From the NCBI GenBank assembly GCA_002376005.1, contig DFNJ01000035.1, forward strand, positions 20,062 through 84,061: a stretch of DNA of 64,000 nucleotides. Reading direction: 5' to 3'. Under the pieces are notes generated by a model. It was not told where the DNA came from. It did not search any database and worked only from the letters and a program-made list of their open reading frames with translations. The translations under genes and the position numbers were made by a program. Below, piece by piece: positions 39,558-49,999 of this stretch (its first letter is position 1; the number at the start of each line of letters is the position of its first letter). Source of the DNA: Firmicutes bacterium UBA3570. GTDB taxonomy: Bacteria; Bacillota; Sulfobacillia; UBA3561.

Positions 39558-41224
39558 GGCTCATCACCTCTTCGCCAGCTGAGGATCATGCGATCCAGAG
39601 GTTCCCCCACCGGCACCATCGGGAGAACCTTCTCTTCCGCCGGCACGGGACAATGCAGAAGCCCCGGGCCGTGCTCCGATAAAAGCTGGTCTAGAGCATC
39701 TTCCAGATCGGCGGGATCGGTACACCGCCAAGCCTTGATCCCGTAGGCAGCTGCTATAGTGGTCCAGTCGGGCCCCCGCAGGAAAACCGCCTTGAGGTTG
39801 CCCTGAAAAAACATCTCTTGCCACTGCCGCACCATACCCAAGGAGCGATTGTCAAGCAGCAGGATCTTGATGGGCAGCTTCTCCTGAACAATTGTGGCCA
39901 GTTCCTGCAGGTTCATCTGCAGACTGCCGTCTCCGGTCACCAGCACTACCGTTTTGTCGGGGCACCCCACCTGTGCTCCCACCGCCGCCGGAAGACCGTA
40001 CCCCATGGCGCCCAGTCCACCCGAGGTGAGGAGGGTGCGGGGATGATAGAAGGGATAGTGCTGCGCCACCCACATCTGGTGCTGTCCCACGTCGGTGACC
40101 AAGATCAGGTCTCCGCGCCGAGCCAAGTCAGCAGTGGCCCGCGCCAGGGCACGCACGGCGCGCACTCCCACGCCTTGTCTCCCGGGGGCGACGGGGAAGG
40201 AACACACTCGGGCCAACCATTCCGGGCGGCGCCTTTCCGGCACCAGGGAGCTGAGCGACCGGAGGACGCAGCCCACATCGCCCACGATGGGAATGTCAGC
40301 CGGCACATTCTTGCCCAGCTCCGCCGCATCTACATCCACGTGGATGAGTAGCGCTCGCGGGGCAAAGGCCTCCCGCTTGCCCGTTGTCCGGTCGCTGAAC
40401 CGCACCCCCAGCGCCAGCAGTAGGTCACACTCCTGCACCGCGCGGTTAGCCGCCACCGCCCCGTGCATGCCGATCATCCCCAGATAAAGCGGGTGGTCTG
40501 CCGGCACGGTTCCCAACCCCATGAGGGTACTGGCCACCGGGAGCTCGGCCTTTTCGGCCAGCTCAAGCACCAGGGGTCCGGCCCTCGCCCACTTAATACC
40601 CCCACCCACCAGCAGGAGCGGGCGCGAGGCGGCGGCCAGGGCCTCCGCTGCCCGGTGCACCTGAGCGGAGTTATCTTCCCGCTGAAGTTTGTATCCGGGC
40701 AGCCGCGGCGCGCTGTCCACACCCGGCGGCAGTTCCGCCTGTGCCACGTCCCGGGGCAAGTCCACCAGGACCGGACCTTTGCGGCCGGTCTGAGCAAGGT
40801 AGATGGCTTCATTCAGAACCCGAGGCAGGTCGTGGGCGCGGCTGACCAGGTAGTTGTGCTTGGTTACAGACATGGTGGCCCCGAAGACGTCCGTCTCCTG
40901 GAATGCGTCTCGGCCGAGCAGGGTGGTGGAAACCTGGCCGGTAATGGCCAGGACTGGCACCGAATCGAGGAAAGCGTTGGCTAGTCCACACAGTAGGTTC
41001 AGCGCCCCCGGACCGGAGGTAGCAATACACACCCCGAGCCTCCCCGTAGCACGAGCATAGCCGTCGGCCGCCATTGCCGCCGCCTGCTCGTGGCGCACCA
41101 GGACGTGCCTAATCGACGCAGGCAGCACGTCGTATACCGGCATGACCGCACCACCCGGGTAGCCAAAAATGACCTCAACGCCAGCCTGGCGGAGACAGTT
41201 CCACAGAACTTCCGCACCGATCAT
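39554..41224 (-). CDS. ilvB: Acetolactate synthase large subunit
   Basis: ThDP enzyme with conserved AHAS blocks, 556 aa. ATG at 41224 overlaps the ilvD stop as ATGA. Confidence 0.9.
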   Translation of the reverse strand: MIGAEVLWNCLRQAGVEVIFGYPGGAVMPVYDVLPASIRHVLVRHEQAAAMAADGYARATGRLGVCIATSGPGALNLLCGLANAFLDSVPVLAITGQVSTTLLGRDAFQETDVFGATMSVTKHNYLVSRAHDLPRVLNEAIYLAQTGRKGPVLVDLPRDVAQAELPPGVDSAPRLPGYKLQREDNSAQVHRAAEALAAASRPLLLVGGGIKWARAGPLVLELAEKAELPVASTLMGLGTVPADHPLYLGMIGMHGAVAANRAVQECDLLLALGVRFSDRTTGKREAFAPRALLIHVDVDAAELGKNVPADIPIVGDVGCVLRSLSSLVPERRRPEWLARVCSFPVAPGRQGVGVRAVRALARATADLARRGDLILVTDVGQHQMWVAQHYPFYHPRTLLTSGGLGAMGYGLPAAVGAQVGCPDKTVVLVTGDGSLQMNLQELATIVQEKLPIKILLLDNRSLGMVRQWQEMFFQGNLKAVFLRGPDWTTIAAAYGIKAWRCTDPADLEDALDQLLSEHGPGLLHCPVPAEEKVLPMVPVGEPLDRMILSWRRGDEP

Positions 41225-42990
41225 GGCTCCTCACCCAGCCCTGGTGGCCTGCCGTTGCCCACACCCCAGGTGTCGGCACCAGCGTCTTGAACCGCTGGCC
41301 CACCACCCCTGCAAGGCGGCGGTACACCCGGCCTCAGGACAGCGCAATGCTGGGCGTCCCTCACCAGGGCCCGGTACCGCTCGAGAATCCCCCGAGGAAC
41401 CCGTCGCTGGCAGGGGCGCCAGTCGGCCCTCCGCCGCGCCAGTTCCTCCTCCGGTACCAGAAGGTCCAGTCGCCCCCGCTCCACATCCAGGGAAATGAGG
41501 TCGCCGTCCCGCACCAATGCGATGGGTCCTCCCGCGTACGCCTCAGGACTGACGTGCCCCACTGCAGCACCCCGACTGGCCCCGGAAAAACGCCCGTCCG
41601 TCACCAAGAAAACCTTGTCCTCCAGGCCCCGGCCAGTGAGTACGGATGTCGCCTGCAGCATCTCCCTCATGCCCGGCCCACCAGCCGGTCCCTCGTAGCG
41701 GATGACCACCGCCTCCCCCGGCCCCACCCCACCGACCAGGAGAGCCGCCACCGCTTCCTCCTCCCCGTCGAAAACCCGCGCCCGGCCCTGCTGACGCCAC
41801 GCCCCCGGCGGCAGGGCGGCGGCCTTGATGATGGCCCCGCCTGGAGCGAGAGTACCGTAGAGCACCCGCAGACCCCCTGCGCCCGCCCACGGATCAACCA
41901 GCGGCCGTACCACCTGTCCATCGGGCGGCGGGGCTTGCCGCACATTCTCGCGGATGGTGCCTCCGGTGACCGTGAGGGCCTCGCCATGCAGCAGACCCCC
42001 GTCACACAACGCTTTCATCACCACCGGCACACCGCCCACCCGATCCAGGTCCTCCATGAACAGGTCTCCTGCTGGGCTCAGCCTGCAGATGCAAGGAGTG
42101 GATCTGCTGATGCGATCCACCAGGGCAAGATCGAAAGGTACGCCAGCCTCCGCCGCGATGGCCCCCAGGTGCAGGATGCTGTTGGTAGAACCACCCAGGG
42201 CCATGTCCACGGCCAGGGCATTGGCCACCGCCTCAGGAGTCAGGATGCGGGAGGGGCGGAGATCCTCCTTCCAAGCAAAGACCGCCTGCCTTCCCGTCCT
42301 CCGAGCGACTACCAGCCGCTGGCTTGACACCGCCGGGACAGTGGCACTGCCGGGAAGGGCCATGCCCATTGCTTCCGCCAGGACGTTCATGGTATTAGCG
42401 GTGAACATCCCGGCGCAGGAACCCGGACCGGGGCAGGCCACCATCTCCAAATCCCGCAACCCGGCGTCATCCAGGCGTCCATCGGCATGAGCGCCCACGG
42501 CTTCGAAGAGGTCGGACAGATCCAGCCGCCCATCCCGCAGGCGGCCGGCCAGCATGGGGCCGCCACCGCAAAACACCGCCGGGATGTCCAGGCGTGCCGC
42601 GGCCATGAGCATTCCCGGAACGATCTTGTCACAGCTGCCTAGCAGGATCACCGCATCCAGGGCGTGAGCCCGCACCATCACTTCCACGCAGTCAGCGACC
42701 AATTCCCGACTGGGTAGCGAATAACGCATGCCCTCATGACCCATGGCCAGCCCGTCGCACACGCCGGGGACACCGAAGGCCAGGGGCACTCCTCCTGCCT
42801 CCTTCACCCCCTGGGCCACGGCCCGCGCCAGCGCGCGCAGGTGCATGTGCCCTGGCACGATGTCGCTCCAAGACACGGCGATACCCACCAGGGGCCGCGC
42901 CATATCCTCGTCCTGGAGCCCCAGGGCCCGGAGCAGCGACCGGTGCGGAGCCCGTTGCGGCCCGCACTTGATGACGTCGCTTCTCACCAT
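41221..42990 (-). CDS. ilvD: Dihydroxy-acid dehydratase
   Basis: ATG at 42990 ([20 protein letters not shown] is a canonical IlvD N-terminus). Track ORF 41221..43233 is over-extended by 81 codons. Confidence 0.9.
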   Translation of the reverse strand: MVRSDVIKCGPQRAPHRSLLRALGLQDEDMARPLVGIAVSWSDIVPGHMHLRALARAVAQGVKEAGGVPLAFGVPGVCDGLAMGHEGMRYSLPSRELVADCVEVMVRAHALDAVILLGSCDKIVPGMLMAAARLDIPAVFCGGGPMLAGRLRDGRLDLSDLFEAVGAHADGRLDDAGLRDLEMVACPGPGSCAGMFTANTMNVLAEAMGMALPGSATVPAVSSQRLVVARRTGRQAVFAWKEDLRPSRILTPEAVANALAVDMALGGSTNSILHLGAIAAEAGVPFDLALVDRISRSTPCICRLSPAGDLFMEDLDRVGGVPVVMKALCDGGLLHGEALTVTGGTIRENVRQAPPPDGQVVRPLVDPWAGAGGLRVLYGTLAPGGAIIKAAALPPGAWRQQGRARVFDGEEEAVAALLVGGVGPGEAVVIRYEGPAGGPGMREMLQATSVLTGRGLEDKVFLVTDGRFSGASRGAAVGHVSPEAYAGGPIALVRDGDLISLDVERGRLDLLVPEEELARRRADWRPCQRRVPRGILERYRALVRDAQHCAVLRPGVPPPCRGGGPAVQDAGADTWGVGNGRPPGLGEEP

Positions 42991-43348
42991 GATCCCCCCC
43001 GCTGCCGCCTGGCCGGCAACCGAGGAACATCTGCAGCGACACCGGTCAGGCCACGGAACACAGCCCCCAGGCGAACGCCGCCCGGCCGGTGTCTGGCCAT
43101 CCTGACCTCGGGTGATGTGCACCCGAGGGAGCAAAGAGGCGCCTTCGTCGCTTCCTGGGGGACATGGTGGCGAAGATGTGCATCCCCTAGACTCTCCATC
43201 CCCACCAGGCGACGCTCCAGCAAGAGCTGGCAACTCAGGCCGCAGGAATCCTCAGAAACGCCCGCTCCACTGACCAACCGGTGGTCATCGAGGGGCCTAC
43301 GCCCCTCCTCCGCGCACAGCAGCAGGCCGTTCGAGCGACTCAGCATCC

Positions 43349-44503
43349 TCATCCCTCCCGAATGGCCTCCACTATCAGGTCTCCCATGGCCGAAGTGCCT
43401 ACCAGGCAGCGTCCCGGTTCTTCCAGGTCCGCCGTGCGGTACCCCGCCTGGAGTACTCGCACAACCGCCGACTCCACGCGCTCGGCAGCTCTTGAGCCCG
43501 CCTCGCCCGCTCCGCAGTACCTCAATAACATGGCCGCACTCAGGATCGCCCCTAGGGGGTTGGCGCGATCCTGCCCCGCCAGTGCGGGTGCCGACCCGTG
43601 CACCGGCTCAAACAGTCCGGGATTTTTGTCCCCCAAGGAAGCGGAGGGCAGCAGCCCCAGAGATCCAACCAGACCTCCCCCCAGGTCGCTCAGAATATCA
43701 CCGAAGGTGTTACAGGTCACCACCACATCCAGGCGCCAGGGCCTCTGCACCATCTCCATGGCCGCCGCATCCACGTACATGTGCTCCAGGTGAACGCTTG
43801 GGTACTGGAAACGCAGCCACCCGGCGATTTCCCTCCAGAGGCGCGAAGTGGCCAGGACGTTGGCCTTATCCACCGACGTTAGGCGCCCTGACCTCTCCAT
43901 GGCCAGCTGGAAGGCCAGCCGCAACACCCGCTCCACCTGGTGAGTGCTATAGGACATGGTGTCAACGGCCAGGAAACCAGAACCGTCAGACCGGCGTCCC
44001 CGGGGGCTGCCGTAGTACAGACCTGCCGAGATTTCGCGCACCAGCATGATGTCCACTCCGCGCGCCAGGAGCTCTGCCCGCAGGGGTGAGACACGGACCA
44101 GGCAAGGATACAGCTTGATGGGCCGGAGGTTGGCCCACAGGCCAAGGCCACGCCGCAAGGCCAACAGACCGGCCTCCGGACGACGATCCGGGGGAAGGTG
44201 ATCCCATTGAGGGCCACCCACCGCGCCCAGCAGCACAGCATCGGCCTGCTGGCAGGCCCGCAGCACTTCCTCAGGCAAGGGCTCCCCAACCTCCTCGATG
44301 GCGGATCCACCCACCGGCAGGTACTCACATACCAGCCCGATACCCTCCGCTTCCGCTGCCGCTCGAAGAGCCCTGACTGCCTGGGCAGTGACCTCGGGAC
44401 CGATCCCGTCTCCGGGTAGCACCAGCACCCGCAACTCCCGCCCGTGCTCTCCGGGTGCAGCCTGCGAACCGCACCCATGGTCCTTCCTGGCGGCCTCGCT
44501 CAT
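43349..44503 (-). CDS. leuB: 3-isopropylmalate dehydrogenase
   Basis: VLPGDGIGPEV motif. ATG at 44503 overlaps the leuD stop as ATGA. Confidence 0.9.
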   Translation of the reverse strand: MSEAARKDHGCGSQAAPGEHGRELRVLVLPGDGIGPEVTAQAVRALRAAAEAEGIGLVCEYLPVGGSAIEEVGEPLPEEVLRACQQADAVLLGAVGGPQWDHLPPDRRPEAGLLALRRGLGLWANLRPIKLYPCLVRVSPLRAELLARGVDIMLVREISAGLYYGSPRGRRSDGSGFLAVDTMSYSTHQVERVLRLAFQLAMERSGRLTSVDKANVLATSRLWREIAGWLRFQYPSVHLEHMYVDAAAMEMVQRPWRLDVVVTCNTFGDILSDLGGGLVGSLGLLPSASLGDKNPGLFEPVHGSAPALAGQDRANPLGAILSAAMLLRYCGAGEAGSRAAERVESAVVRVLQAGYRTADLEEPGRCLVGTSAMGDLIVEAIREG

Positions 44504-45042
44504 GGCCCTGCCTCCCCTTCGATGCAGGGTGGTCGCCGGCATCCACCGCGCTTCAGCAACCGCTGCCTGACGTATTCCACCAGGCCACCCGCCTTCTGCA
44601 CATCAGCGGCAGCTCCCGCCGGGAATCGAACCACCAGGCGGTGTCCCGACGACAAGTAAAGCAGCCCCTCTTCCTCGTCAATCTCGATTACTTCCCCACT
44701 ACGCACCAGCCGCGCCGCCTCTTCCGATTCCAAGACCAGTAGGCCCAGATTGACAGCATTGCGGAAGAATATGCGGGCGAAGGAGCGGGCCACCACCGCG
44801 GCCACCCCGCAGGCCTGGATGGCCCGCACTGCATGTTCCCGAGAGCTCCCGCACCCGAAATTCTTTCCCGCCACCACCACGTCCCCAGGGCGGACCCGGC
44901 GGGCGAACTCGGGATCAGCCAGCTCCAGGCAGTGGGCTGCCAGCACCCGGGAGTCAGAAGTGTAAAGGTAGCGGGCGGGGATGATGACGTCGGTATTCAC
45001 ATCATCGCCGAACTTCCACGCCCGGCCCACGATGCGGGCCAC
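44500..45042 (-). CDS. leuD: 3-isopropylmalate dehydratase small subunit
   Basis: GTG at 45042 has GGAGGAGGTGG 6 nt upstream. (V)ARIVGRAWKFGDDVNTDVIIPARYL is the canonical LeuD start. Track ORF 44500..45228 is over-extended. leuC and leuD overlap by 41 nt. Confidence 0.85.
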   Translation of the reverse strand: MARIVGRAWKFGDDVNTDVIIPARYLYTSDSRVLAAHCLELADPEFARRVRPGDVVVAGKNFGCGSSREHAVRAIQACGVAAVVARSFARIFFRNAVNLGLLVLESEEAARLVRSGEVIEIDEEEGLLYLSSGHRLVVRFPAGAAADVQKAGGLVEYVRQRLLKRGGCRRPPCIEGEAGP

Positions 45043-46252
45043 TGCCGACCACCTCCTCCGGGTGCGCGATGTGCCCCGCCACCGCAGTTGCCGCAGCCAC
45101 TGCAGGGTTTGCCAGGTACACCCGGCTGTCCGGATGACCCATGCGCCCGCGGAAATTCCGATTGGTGGTTGCCAGGCAGACCTCTCCCTCCGCCAGCACC
45201 CCCATGTGGCCCCCCAAGCAGGGCCCACAGGTGGGGGTGGAGACCGCAGCTCCCGCCTCCACGAACACCTGGATCAACCCCTCCTCAAGGGCACGCCGGT
45301 AAACCCTCTGGGTGGCGGGGATGACGATCAGCCTCACCCGTGGGTGTACCTTTCGGCCGCCCAAGATCTCCGCCGCTGCCACCAGGTCCAGGTAGCGACC
45401 GTTGGTGCAAGAACCAATTACCACCTGGTCGACGGGAGTGCCCGCCACCTCGTGCACCGCCACCACGTCTGCCGGGGAGTAGGGGCGGGCCACCTGCGGT
45501 TCCAGCTGCGACACATCCCACCGGAGCCACGCCTCCAGCTGGGCGCCGGGAGAGCTCCGCCATCCACCCGCCGGTACCAACCCTGCCGTGGCCCCTGCCT
45601 CCACCACCATGTTGCACAGGGTAAGGCGCCCATCCAGGGGCAAGTCCGCCACCACCTCCCCCCCGAACTCCAAGGCCAGCTGATTGGCCCCGTCGGTGCC
45701 CAGTCGCGACACCAGGAACAGCGCGAGGTCCTTGGCCCCCACCCAAGGAGCCAGCCGACCAGTGAATTCCACCTTCACCGTGGCCGGTACCCGGAACCAC
45801 AGCTCCCCCAAAGCCATGGCACACGCCAGATCAGTCGACCCCACTCCCGTGGCGAACACCCCGAGGGCCCCACACGTGCAGGTATGGGAGTCGGCCCCCA
45901 CCAACAGCTGGCCCGGCTGCAGGATCCCCAGCTCCGGAAGCAAGGCATGCTCGATTCCCATCCTCCCCACTTCGTAGTAATGGCGGATGCCTTGTTTGCG
46001 CGCGAACTCCCTTAGCACCTGAGCCTGCCTCGCCGAGGCGACGTCCTTGGCCGGCAGGAAATGGTCGGGTACCAGGATGATGCGCTCTGGGTCGAACACG
46101 CGCTCGCAGCCCATGGCCTGCATTTGCTCGATGGCCAGAGGAGCGGTTATGTCATTGGCCAGGCACCAGTCCACGCGAGCCCACACTGTCTCGCCGGGTT
46201 CTACCTGTTTCCGCCCGGCATGAGCGGCCAAGATCTTTTCAACTGCAGTCAT
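45002..46252 (-). CDS. leuC: 3-isopropylmalate dehydratase large subunit
   Basis: ATG at 46252 (MTAVEKILAAHAGR). Aconitase-family Cys ligands are present. Confidence 0.9.
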   Translation of the reverse strand: MTAVEKILAAHAGRKQVEPGETVWARVDWCLANDITAPLAIEQMQAMGCERVFDPERIILVPDHFLPAKDVASARQAQVLREFARKQGIRHYYEVGRMGIEHALLPELGILQPGQLLVGADSHTCTCGALGVFATGVGSTDLACAMALGELWFRVPATVKVEFTGRLAPWVGAKDLALFLVSRLGTDGANQLALEFGGEVVADLPLDGRLTLCNMVVEAGATAGLVPAGGWRSSPGAQLEAWLRWDVSQLEPQVARPYSPADVVAVHEVAGTPVDQVVIGSCTNGRYLDLVAAAEILGGRKVHPRVRLIVIPATQRVYRRALEEGLIQVFVEAGAAVSTPTCGPCLGGHMGVLAEGEVCLATTNRNFRGRMGHPDSRVYLANPAVAAATAVAGHIAHPEEVVGSGPHRGPGVEVRR

Positions 46253-46269
46253 GGCTCTTGGCAACCAGG

Positions 46270-47805
46270 TCACCCTCCCGTCTGCACCTGGTGATGAGCC
46301 GGCACTCCAGCCAGCCACCGATTGACCGCCTGCAGGTACGCGCGCACGGTAGCCTCCAGCACGTCCCTACTCACCCCTCGGCCGGTATAGATCGCCCCGT
46401 CCCGCTCCACTTTCACCAACGCCTCGCCCAGCGCATCCTTGCCACCGGTGATGGCGTTCAGGGAGAACTCAAGCAGGCGGAACTCGGCCCCCACCGCCCG
46501 GTCCACCGCTCGCAGCAGGGCCTCCACCGGACCCTGGGCGCAGGCCGCCTCCTGTACCACCCGACCCTCCTTGATGAGCGACACGGTGGCCATGGGCAGC
46601 GTCCGATTGCCCGTCGACACCTGGAAGTAGTCCAGGATCCAGAGCGGCCGTTCCTGGACCATCCCTTCCACCAGCGCCTCCAGGTCCCGGTCAGAGATGC
46701 CACCTTTACGGTCAGCCATTTCCTTGAAGCGCGCGAAAGCGACCTCCACATCCTCTTCCCGCAGCCGATACCCCAAAGCCAGCAGTCGCTCCCGGAAGGC
46801 ATGTCGACCGGAATGTTTCCCGAGCACCAACCGCTGTCCCGGAGCACCAACATCTTCGGGCCGCATGATCTCGTACGTGGTGGAGTGCTTCAGCACGCCG
46901 TCCTGGTGGATCCCCGACTCGTGGGCAAAGGCGTTGGCCCCCACCAAAGCCTTGTTGGGCGGGACCGGCACGCCAGTGAGAGTCTCCACCAAACGGCTGG
47001 TGCGGTAGATCTGGTCGGTGGCCACCCCCGTCCATGCCTTCAGGACATCCTGTCTGACCCTGATGGCCATCACGATCTCCTCCAGGGAGGCATTGCCCGC
47101 CCGCTCGCCAATGCCGTTGACCGTACATTCAATCTGGTCGGCTCCCGCTTCCAGCGCGGCCAGGGAATTGGCCACTGCGAGTCCCAGATCGTCGTGGCAG
47201 TGGACGGAGACGACTACGTCTTCGATGCCCGGTACGTTCTCACGGAGGAAGCGGATCAATTGCGCGAACTCGCCAGGCGTGGCGTACCCGACGGTGTCGG
47301 GCACGTTGATGGTAGTAGCTCCTGCTTCGATGACGGTGCGGTACAGGCGGCACAAGAACTCGGGACAGCTACGGGTAGCATCCTCAGCCGAGAACTCCAC
47401 ATCGTGGGTGTACTGACGCGCCCGCGCCACCGCTCGCGCCGCCGCCGCCAGCACTTCTTCGGGCTGCATGCGCAGCTTGTATTTCATGTGAATCTCCGAC
47501 GACGCAATGAAGGTGTGGATGCGCTTACGCTCCGCCGCCTGGAGGGCTTCGGCCGCTCGGTCGATATCCGCCGCATTGGCCCGGGCTAAAGCACAGATAA
47601 CCGGACCTCGAACCTCTCGAGCGACGGCGCTCACCGCCTCGAAATCCCCCGGAGAAGCCACGGGGAATCCCACCTCGATCACGTCCACCCGCAGGCGGCT
47701 CAGCTGCTGAGCAATCTGCAGCTTTTCTTGCGGACTGAGCCTCACGCCCGGCGACTGCTCGCCATCGCGCAAGGTGGTATCGAAAATGAGCACCCGCTTG
47801 CTCAA
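46270..47805 (-). CDS. leuA: 2-isopropylmalate synthase
   Basis: TTG at 47805 gives (M)[16 protein letters not shown], the canonical LeuA start, with a GGGGGGA SD 6 nt upstream. The track start at 47820 is also TTG. Confidence 0.9.
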   Translation of the reverse strand: MSKRVLIFDTTLRDGEQSPGVRLSPQEKLQIAQQLSRLRVDVIEVGFPVASPGDFEAVSAVAREVRGPVICALARANAADIDRAAEALQAAERKRIHTFIASSEIHMKYKLRMQPEEVLAAAARAVARARQYTHDVEFSAEDATRSCPEFLCRLYRTVIEAGATTINVPDTVGYATPGEFAQLIRFLRENVPGIEDVVVSVHCHDDLGLAVANSLAALEAGADQIECTVNGIGERAGNASLEEIVMAIRVRQDVLKAWTGVATDQIYRTSRLVETLTGVPVPPNKALVGANAFAHESGIHQDGVLKHSTTYEIMRPEDVGAPGQRLVLGKHSGRHAFRERLLALGYRLREEDVEVAFARFKEMADRKGGISDRDLEALVEGMVQERPLWILDYFQVSTGNRTLPMATVSLIKEGRVVQEAACAQGPVEALLRAVDRAVGAEFRLLEFSLNAITGGKDALGEALVKVERDGAIYTGRGVSRDVLEATVRAYLQAVNRWLAGVPAHHQVQTGG

Positions 47806-47840
47806 CCTGCATCCCCCCAAGGAATCTCGACTAAGATACG

Positions 47841-48060
47841 CAAAAACCCGAGGAGGCGAGGATCCTCACTAACAGGAACCTGCCGCTCGGGTCTTTTGTA
47901 CCCACGGTGTACCCGAGGAGTGCCCTCCTGGTCTTCCTCCCGGGTCGATACCGCTCGGTCGCAGACCACCCGTCTGGGCCGGGTGCGGAACCCTAGGTAC
48001 CCTTCCTGTGATATCTCACTTTTGCTTTTTTGACTAAAGTGTATACGACGGGACGGTCGG
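47841..48060 (-). promoter_or_regulatory. leu operon leader RNA with terminator and competing antiterminator; candidate T-box-like or other attenuator
   Basis: On the minus strand a CCCGAG...CUCGGG-UUUUU terminator (47841-47893) lies about 35 nt before the leuA start. An upstream CUCGGGU can pair with the terminator 5' arm (ACCCGAG). A GGGUGGUCUGCGACCG element is weakly T-box-like. An AT-rich putative promoter sits at about 48000-48060. Confidence 0.5.
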
Positions 48061-48214
48061 GATTCCTCCCCCATCCCTGCGAGATTTTGCCACGTCAATC
48101 AGCCCCGAATGCAGGACGCTCTGCATGGCTGCAGCTTCCTGAACAGGACCGGGCTCTCATTTGCTTCCCGGGTGCGCGGTAGCGTTGGGGTGCGTGGTCG
48201 TCCTTTGGTGGGGG

Positions 48215-48263
48215 CTGAAGAACCAAGGCCTCACTCCTGGCCCGAAGCACCTGGAGTGAGGCC
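48215..48263 (-). terminator. Intrinsic terminator downstream of fhs
   Basis: GGCCUCACUCC-loop-GGAGUGAGGCC 11-bp stem followed by UUGGUUCUUC, about 40 nt after the fhs stop. Confidence 0.6.
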
Positions 48264-48304
48264 TCTGTCAGTCCTGTAGCGCCCCGGCGGTGCTGCTCAC
48301 GCCC

Positions 48305-49999
48305 TCAGAACAGCCCCACGGTCCGCCCCTTTTCGTCGATGTCCACCAGCTGACCAGCAGGTTTGGACGGCAGCCCGGGCATGGTGCGCATCTCGCCCAG
48401 CAGCGGATAGAGGAAGCCTGCACCCACCGACGCCCGTACTTCCCGCACCGGCACCCGGAACCCGCGCGGACGACCCTTGAGCTTGGGGTCGTGGGACAGG
48501 GAGAGGTGGGTCTTGGCCATGCATATTGGCAGCTTGTCGTAGCCCAGCTTCTTGTACAGGCGGATCTGCCGTCTGGCCAGAGGCTCGTAGTCCACCCCGT
48601 CCGCACCGTATATCTTGGTAGCGATGGTCTCTATCTTCTCCTCGATGGAAGCATCCAGCGGGTACAGGAACCTGAAATTGCTGGGCTTTTCACAAGCCTT
48701 CACTACTGCCCTGGCCAGGTCCTCACCACCGGCTCCTCCTTTGGCCCAGACCTCGCTCACCACGCAATCAGCAGCTCCGAACTCCAGCGCTTTCTTCTTG
48801 ATCAGCTCGATTTCCTCGTCGTGGTCGGTAGTGAACCGATTGATGGCCACTACGGGGGTGACTCCGTGCAGCAGAACGTTCTCGATCTGCTTCTGCAGGT
48901 TCTCGCAGCCCTTCTCCAGGGCCTCCATGTTCACCTCGGTGACTTCTGGTGGAAGCGGCTTGCCCGGCACCACCCGGAAGGCCCCGCCGTGCATCTTCAG
49001 AGCCCTGACGGTACAAACCACTACCGCCGCGTCCACCTTCAGGCCGCTGTACCGGCACTTGATGTTGAACATCTTCTCCGCCCCGATGTCGGCGCCAAAT
49101 CCCGCTTCCGTGACCACGTAGTCGCAGAGCTTGCTAGCAATCAGATCAGCCAAGATGGAGCTGTTGCCGTGAGCGATATTGGCAAAGGGTCCCGCGTGTA
49201 CGAACACCGGGGTGTTCTCCAGGGTCTGGATCAGGTTGGGCTTTATGGCCTCCTTCATCAGCACCGTCATGGCGCCCGCGCACTTGAGGTCTTCCGCCGT
49301 CACCGGTTTACCACTGCGGCTGTAGCCCACCACTATGCGCCCGAGACGCTTCCTCAGATCAAACAGACCGGTAGTGAGGGCCAGAATGGCCATTACCTCG
49401 GAGGCCACCGCGATGTCGAACCCGGTCTCCCGGGGGATACCGTTTTGCCGGCCGCCGAGACCGATGATGATGTTGCGCAGAGCTCTATCGGATACGTCCA
49501 CCACTCGTGGCCACGTGATGTTGTGTATGTCGATGTCCAGTTCGTTCCCATGTAGGATGTGGGCATCCAAGAAAGCGGCCAGAAGATTGTGAGCCAGGGC
49601 TACCGCGTGGGTGTCACCGGTGAAATGCAGGTTGAAGTCTTCCATCGGCACGCACTGCGAGTAACCTCCGCCCGCGGCGCCACCCTTGATGCCGAATACT
49701 GGTCCGAGGGACGGCTGCCGAATGCAGTTTATGGCCTTCTTGCCAATGCGGTTCAGCGCCTGGCCGAGTCCAATAGTGGTGACCGTTTTCCCTTCTCCCA
49801 ACGGGGTGGGGGTGATGGCAGTCACGACAATGTACTTCGCATTTGGCCTGTCCTTGAGCCTTTCCAGAACGTCCAGCGATACCTTGGCCTTGTACTTACC
49901 ATACAGCTCGATCTCGTCCTCCAGCAGCCCCATCTCGGCTGCGATCTCAGCAATGGGCCTCATCTTAGCTTCCTGGGCAATCTCAAGGTCGCTTTTCAC
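48305..49999 (-). CDS. fhs: Formate--tetrahydrofolate ligase
   Basis: GEGKTVTTIGL P-loop, 564 aa. GTG at 49999 ((M)KSDLEIAQEAKM) has a GGAGAGGGAG RBS. Confidence 0.9.
   Translation of the reverse strand: MKSDLEIAQEAKMRPIAEIAAEMGLLEDEIELYGKYKAKVSLDVLERLKDRPNAKYIVVTAITPTPLGEGKTVTTIGLGQALNRIGKKAINCIRQPSLGPVFGIKGGAAGGGYSQCVPMEDFNLHFTGDTHAVALAHNLLAAFLDAHILHGNELDIDIHNITWPRVVDVSDRALRNIIIGLGGRQNGIPRETGFDIAVASEVMAILALTTGLFDLRKRLGRIVVGYSRSGKPVTAEDLKCAGAMTVLMKEAIKPNLIQTLENTPVFVHAGPFANIAHGNSSILADLIASKLCDYVVTEAGFGADIGAEKMFNIKCRYSGLKVDAAVVVCTVRALKMHGGAFRVVPGKPLPPEVTEVNMEALEKGCENLQKQIENVLLHGVTPVVAINRFTTDHDEEIELIKKKALEFGAADCVVSEVWAKGGAGGEDLARAVVKACEKPSNFRFLYPLDASIEEKIETIATKIYGADGVDYEPLARRQIRLYKKLGYDKLPICMAKTHLSLSHDPKLKGRPRGFRVPVREVRASVGAGFLYPLLGEMRTMPGLPSKPAGQLVDIDEKGRTVGLF

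Noticed and set aside
47990-48190. Leucine-rich leader peptide (Proteobacteria-type attenuation) in the leuA leader
   Set aside because: The small leader ORFs (MRARSCSGSCSHAERPAFGAD; MQSVLHSGLIDVAKSRRDGGGIPTVPSYTL) have no tandem Leu codons, so peptide-mediated attenuation is unlikely.
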